This document shows, in pieces, positions 61,744 to 64,000 of a stretch of DNA of 64,000 bases. Location: assembly GCF_004010195.1 (NCBI RefSeq), contig NC_057752.1, positions 3,217,487 to 3,281,486 of the forward strand, written 5' to 3'. The translations under genes and the position numbers were made by a program. Each line of letters starts with the position of its first letter. Positions within the stretch are counted from its first letter, which is position 1. The DNA comes from Chiloscyllium plagiosum. Taxonomy: Eukaryota. Under the pieces are notes generated by a model. That model ran no database searches and was not told where the DNA came from. It worked only from the letters and a program-made list of their open reading frames with translations.

Positions 61744-62466
61744 TGTTATGAAGGTATAAGGGGTACTGTACCTTTAAGAGAGCTGGAAGCTAGCAAGGTC
61801 TTAGAGAGGCACAGACAGTCCGGAACAATGTCACGTTTGGTCAGAACAGCAAGCACCGGCTAGGTTGCTATGAGACCAAAACAAATTCAAATGTGGCCAT
61901 CTGTATAAATTATGCCCCAAGATACCAAACTCCAATCGAGTGTGAATTTAGTATTTTAACAATATCAAAACCAATGAAACGATCTGGTGGTTTGGGGTAT
62001 AAGTATCAGACAATCTGAATAGTTAGTCAGAGAGAGAACTTCCAAAAGACTAACAGATGTAAGCTGCAAATGAGAACTCTCTGAGAGGTACCTGGCTGGA
62101 GAAGGAGTTTGCACAGAGAACAAACATCAACACCAACCTGGAGAGCAAATCTACTGAGGAAGATACAAAGAGCAGATTCGCCAACTGGTTTTGAAATTTG
62201 AATTTTTCTGTTAGTCTTAATCAGGGGTTTTATTGGACCAGCAAGGGGAAGATAAAAGGTAGGTTTAGGTAAACGAGTTATAAATAGTTGTTAATTAACT
62301 TCTCTGTTAGACATTTAAAAAAAAAAAGTTGTTAATTTTTACTGTAAATACTGACTTTTGGGGTAGTTCATTTCCTCTCGAATTTTCACAGATTACAGCA
62401 CGGGGTAAATCTTTTCTGTGTTGCTGGTTTAAATTAGCAGAGGGAGGTTTACCTCGTGTCATAACA
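61744..62466 (+). mobile_element. Solo LTR (723 bp)
   Basis: Terminal inverted TGTTATGA...TCATAACA; flanks GTTT/GTAT (4-bp TSD with one mismatch). Confidence 0.8.
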
Positions 62467-62762
62467 GTATGTATCATGTGAGGAGTTCGCCAAATTCACC
62501 TTGTCTCCACGAGCAGGAAATAAATCTCACACTGTGCAGGCTAAAACTAGAATTACAATTTATTCCCGAGTAAGATTATATAAAAACCTCCTCAGAGAAG
62601 TTAAGTATCACATGCTGAGATCTTCCATTACCTCAGGCCATTCCAAAGTCCTTTCCAGCTAATGGAGCACTTTGTGAAGTGTAGTCACATCAATTTGTGC
62701 AAAGCAAGATCCCACAGCTAGCGGTGTGCTAAGGACTAGATAATCACTTTTTAAGTGACAGT

Positions 62763-63066
62763 TATAGAATCCCAACAATGTGCGAAGGGACCATTTGGCC
62801 CGTCAAGTCTGCACTGACCCTCCGAAGAGCAGCCCCCCTATCCCTATATTCCCCTGTGGCTAACCCACCTAGCCTGCGCATGACAGGACAATTTCTCATG
62901 GCCAATCCACCTTAAGCTGCACATCTTTGGACTGTGGGAGGAAACCAGAGCACCCGAAGAAACCCACGCAGAGAATGTGCCGACTCCACCCAGACAGTCG
63001 CCCAAGGGTGGAATTGAACCCGGGTCCCTGGTGCTGTGAGGCAGCAGTGCTAACCACTGAGCCAAT
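62763..63066 (-). mobile_element. HE1-like SINE
   Basis: Reverse-complement A/B boxes. Confidence 0.88.
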
Positions 63067-63164
63067 ATGCTACACGTTGGTTGGGGAATGATCAGTGGGT
63101 TATATGGAATCATTTACAGACATCTAAAAGGGCAGATTGAGTTTTAGCTTAACCCAAAAGGTAG

Positions 63165-63305
63165 AAGTGGGTACTGCAGATTAGAGTCAAGATTAGAGTG
63201 GTGCTGGAAAAGCACAGCAGGTCAGGCAGCATCCGAAATCCTGCTCCTCGGATGCTGCCTGACCTGCTGTGCTTTTCCAGCACCACTCTAATCTTGACTT
63301 TAATC
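63165..63305. mobile_element. Penelope-derived hairpin (hammerhead region deleted)
   Basis: AGTCAAGATTAGAGTGGTGCTGGAAAAGCACAGCAGGTCAGGCAGCATCCGA / perfect reverse complement; flanks CAAAAGGTAG / CAAAAGATGG. Confidence 0.8.
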
Positions 63306-64000
63306 CAAAAGATGGCACCTCCGACAGTACATGGATCCCTCCGTACTGGTGTACCAGCCTTGGTATCTACTCAAGTTTATAGAATCTTGCAGAATAAGAT
63401 TTGAATCCCATTTTGAGACTTTTTGACTCAGGGCAACGAGCACTGCCAACTAAGCCAGTGCCAGGACCTGAATTGCACATATCCTCAAGAAAAACGACTC
63501 GATAATTAGCTTGCATGGTGCTGGGAATGGCCCCGATCTGCCCGCAAGGAATGAGACAGCATGCCAGTCCGCAAGCCTGGCTTCCAGCACGGGCATGAAC
63601 GGGCCGCGAACCCAGGCTGCTCACTCCGAGGGTCCACACTTGGTGTCCAAAGCCCTACTGGCGGCCCACTGACCCGCGCGGAGGTGCTGCTCACGGAATC
63701 CCTTACTGACTTTGCAGCATCTGGGCAGCCTCCTGTCAGACCGATCTGCCGTCACATTAACCAGCATTCCCTCTCCTTGGCCGATGCGGCATTTCCTGCC
63801 CCCCCCATCGGAAAAAGAAGAAGGGAATCGGAACGCACGCTTAATACCGTAACCAGCCCCGCCTTCCCGGTGTGGGAGCCGCTGGTGCTTATCAAAGCGG
63901 GGATGGTGAGCCTGTTCAAAGTGCTTAACGTAAGCAGTTAGCTAGGGCACCAAGGCCTTAATAAAACAGGAGATTTGATTTTTCCGAATCACACCTCTGG

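Noticed and set aside
63500..63941. CpG island or promoter with 126-aa ORF
   Set aside because: Only modest CpG enrichment, non-ATG start, no recognisable homology; near the window edge so cannot be assessed

Overview
Eukaryotic, repeat-dominated DNA that is almost certainly from a shark (elasmobranch). The evidence is HE1-type tRNA-derived SINEs with (TCTAA)n tails, HER1/CR1-type LINE 3' fragments sharing that tail, and Deu-domain SINE remnants. No intact protein-coding gene can be identified. The ORF track is essentially LINE/SINE/Penelope fragments, minisatellites and N-gaps, so the window looks intronic or intergenic, with three weak exon candidates. Contents: about 25 CR1 fragments, about 12 SINEs, L2 and Rex1/Babar-like RT fragments, several solo LTRs (one with a clean 4-bp TSD), a Tigger/pogo-like MITE with TA TSDs, a 3.3-kb 32-bp G-rich array and other minisatellites, a 376-bp tandem duplication and two assembly gaps. 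The most notable system is a dense set of Penelope-like retroelement derivatives from at least four sequence families. Most insert as hairpins (inverted arms plus a short unpaired tail), four of them between 12-15 bp target-site duplications. They carry minimal hammerhead ribozyme cores (CUGANGA..stem II..GAAA-palindrome-UH), often on both strands, and one sits in sense orientation inside a Pol III SINE. Three inverted duplications not explained by dispersed repeats suggest local fold-back or template-switch events. Coordinates of degenerate repeats are approximate.
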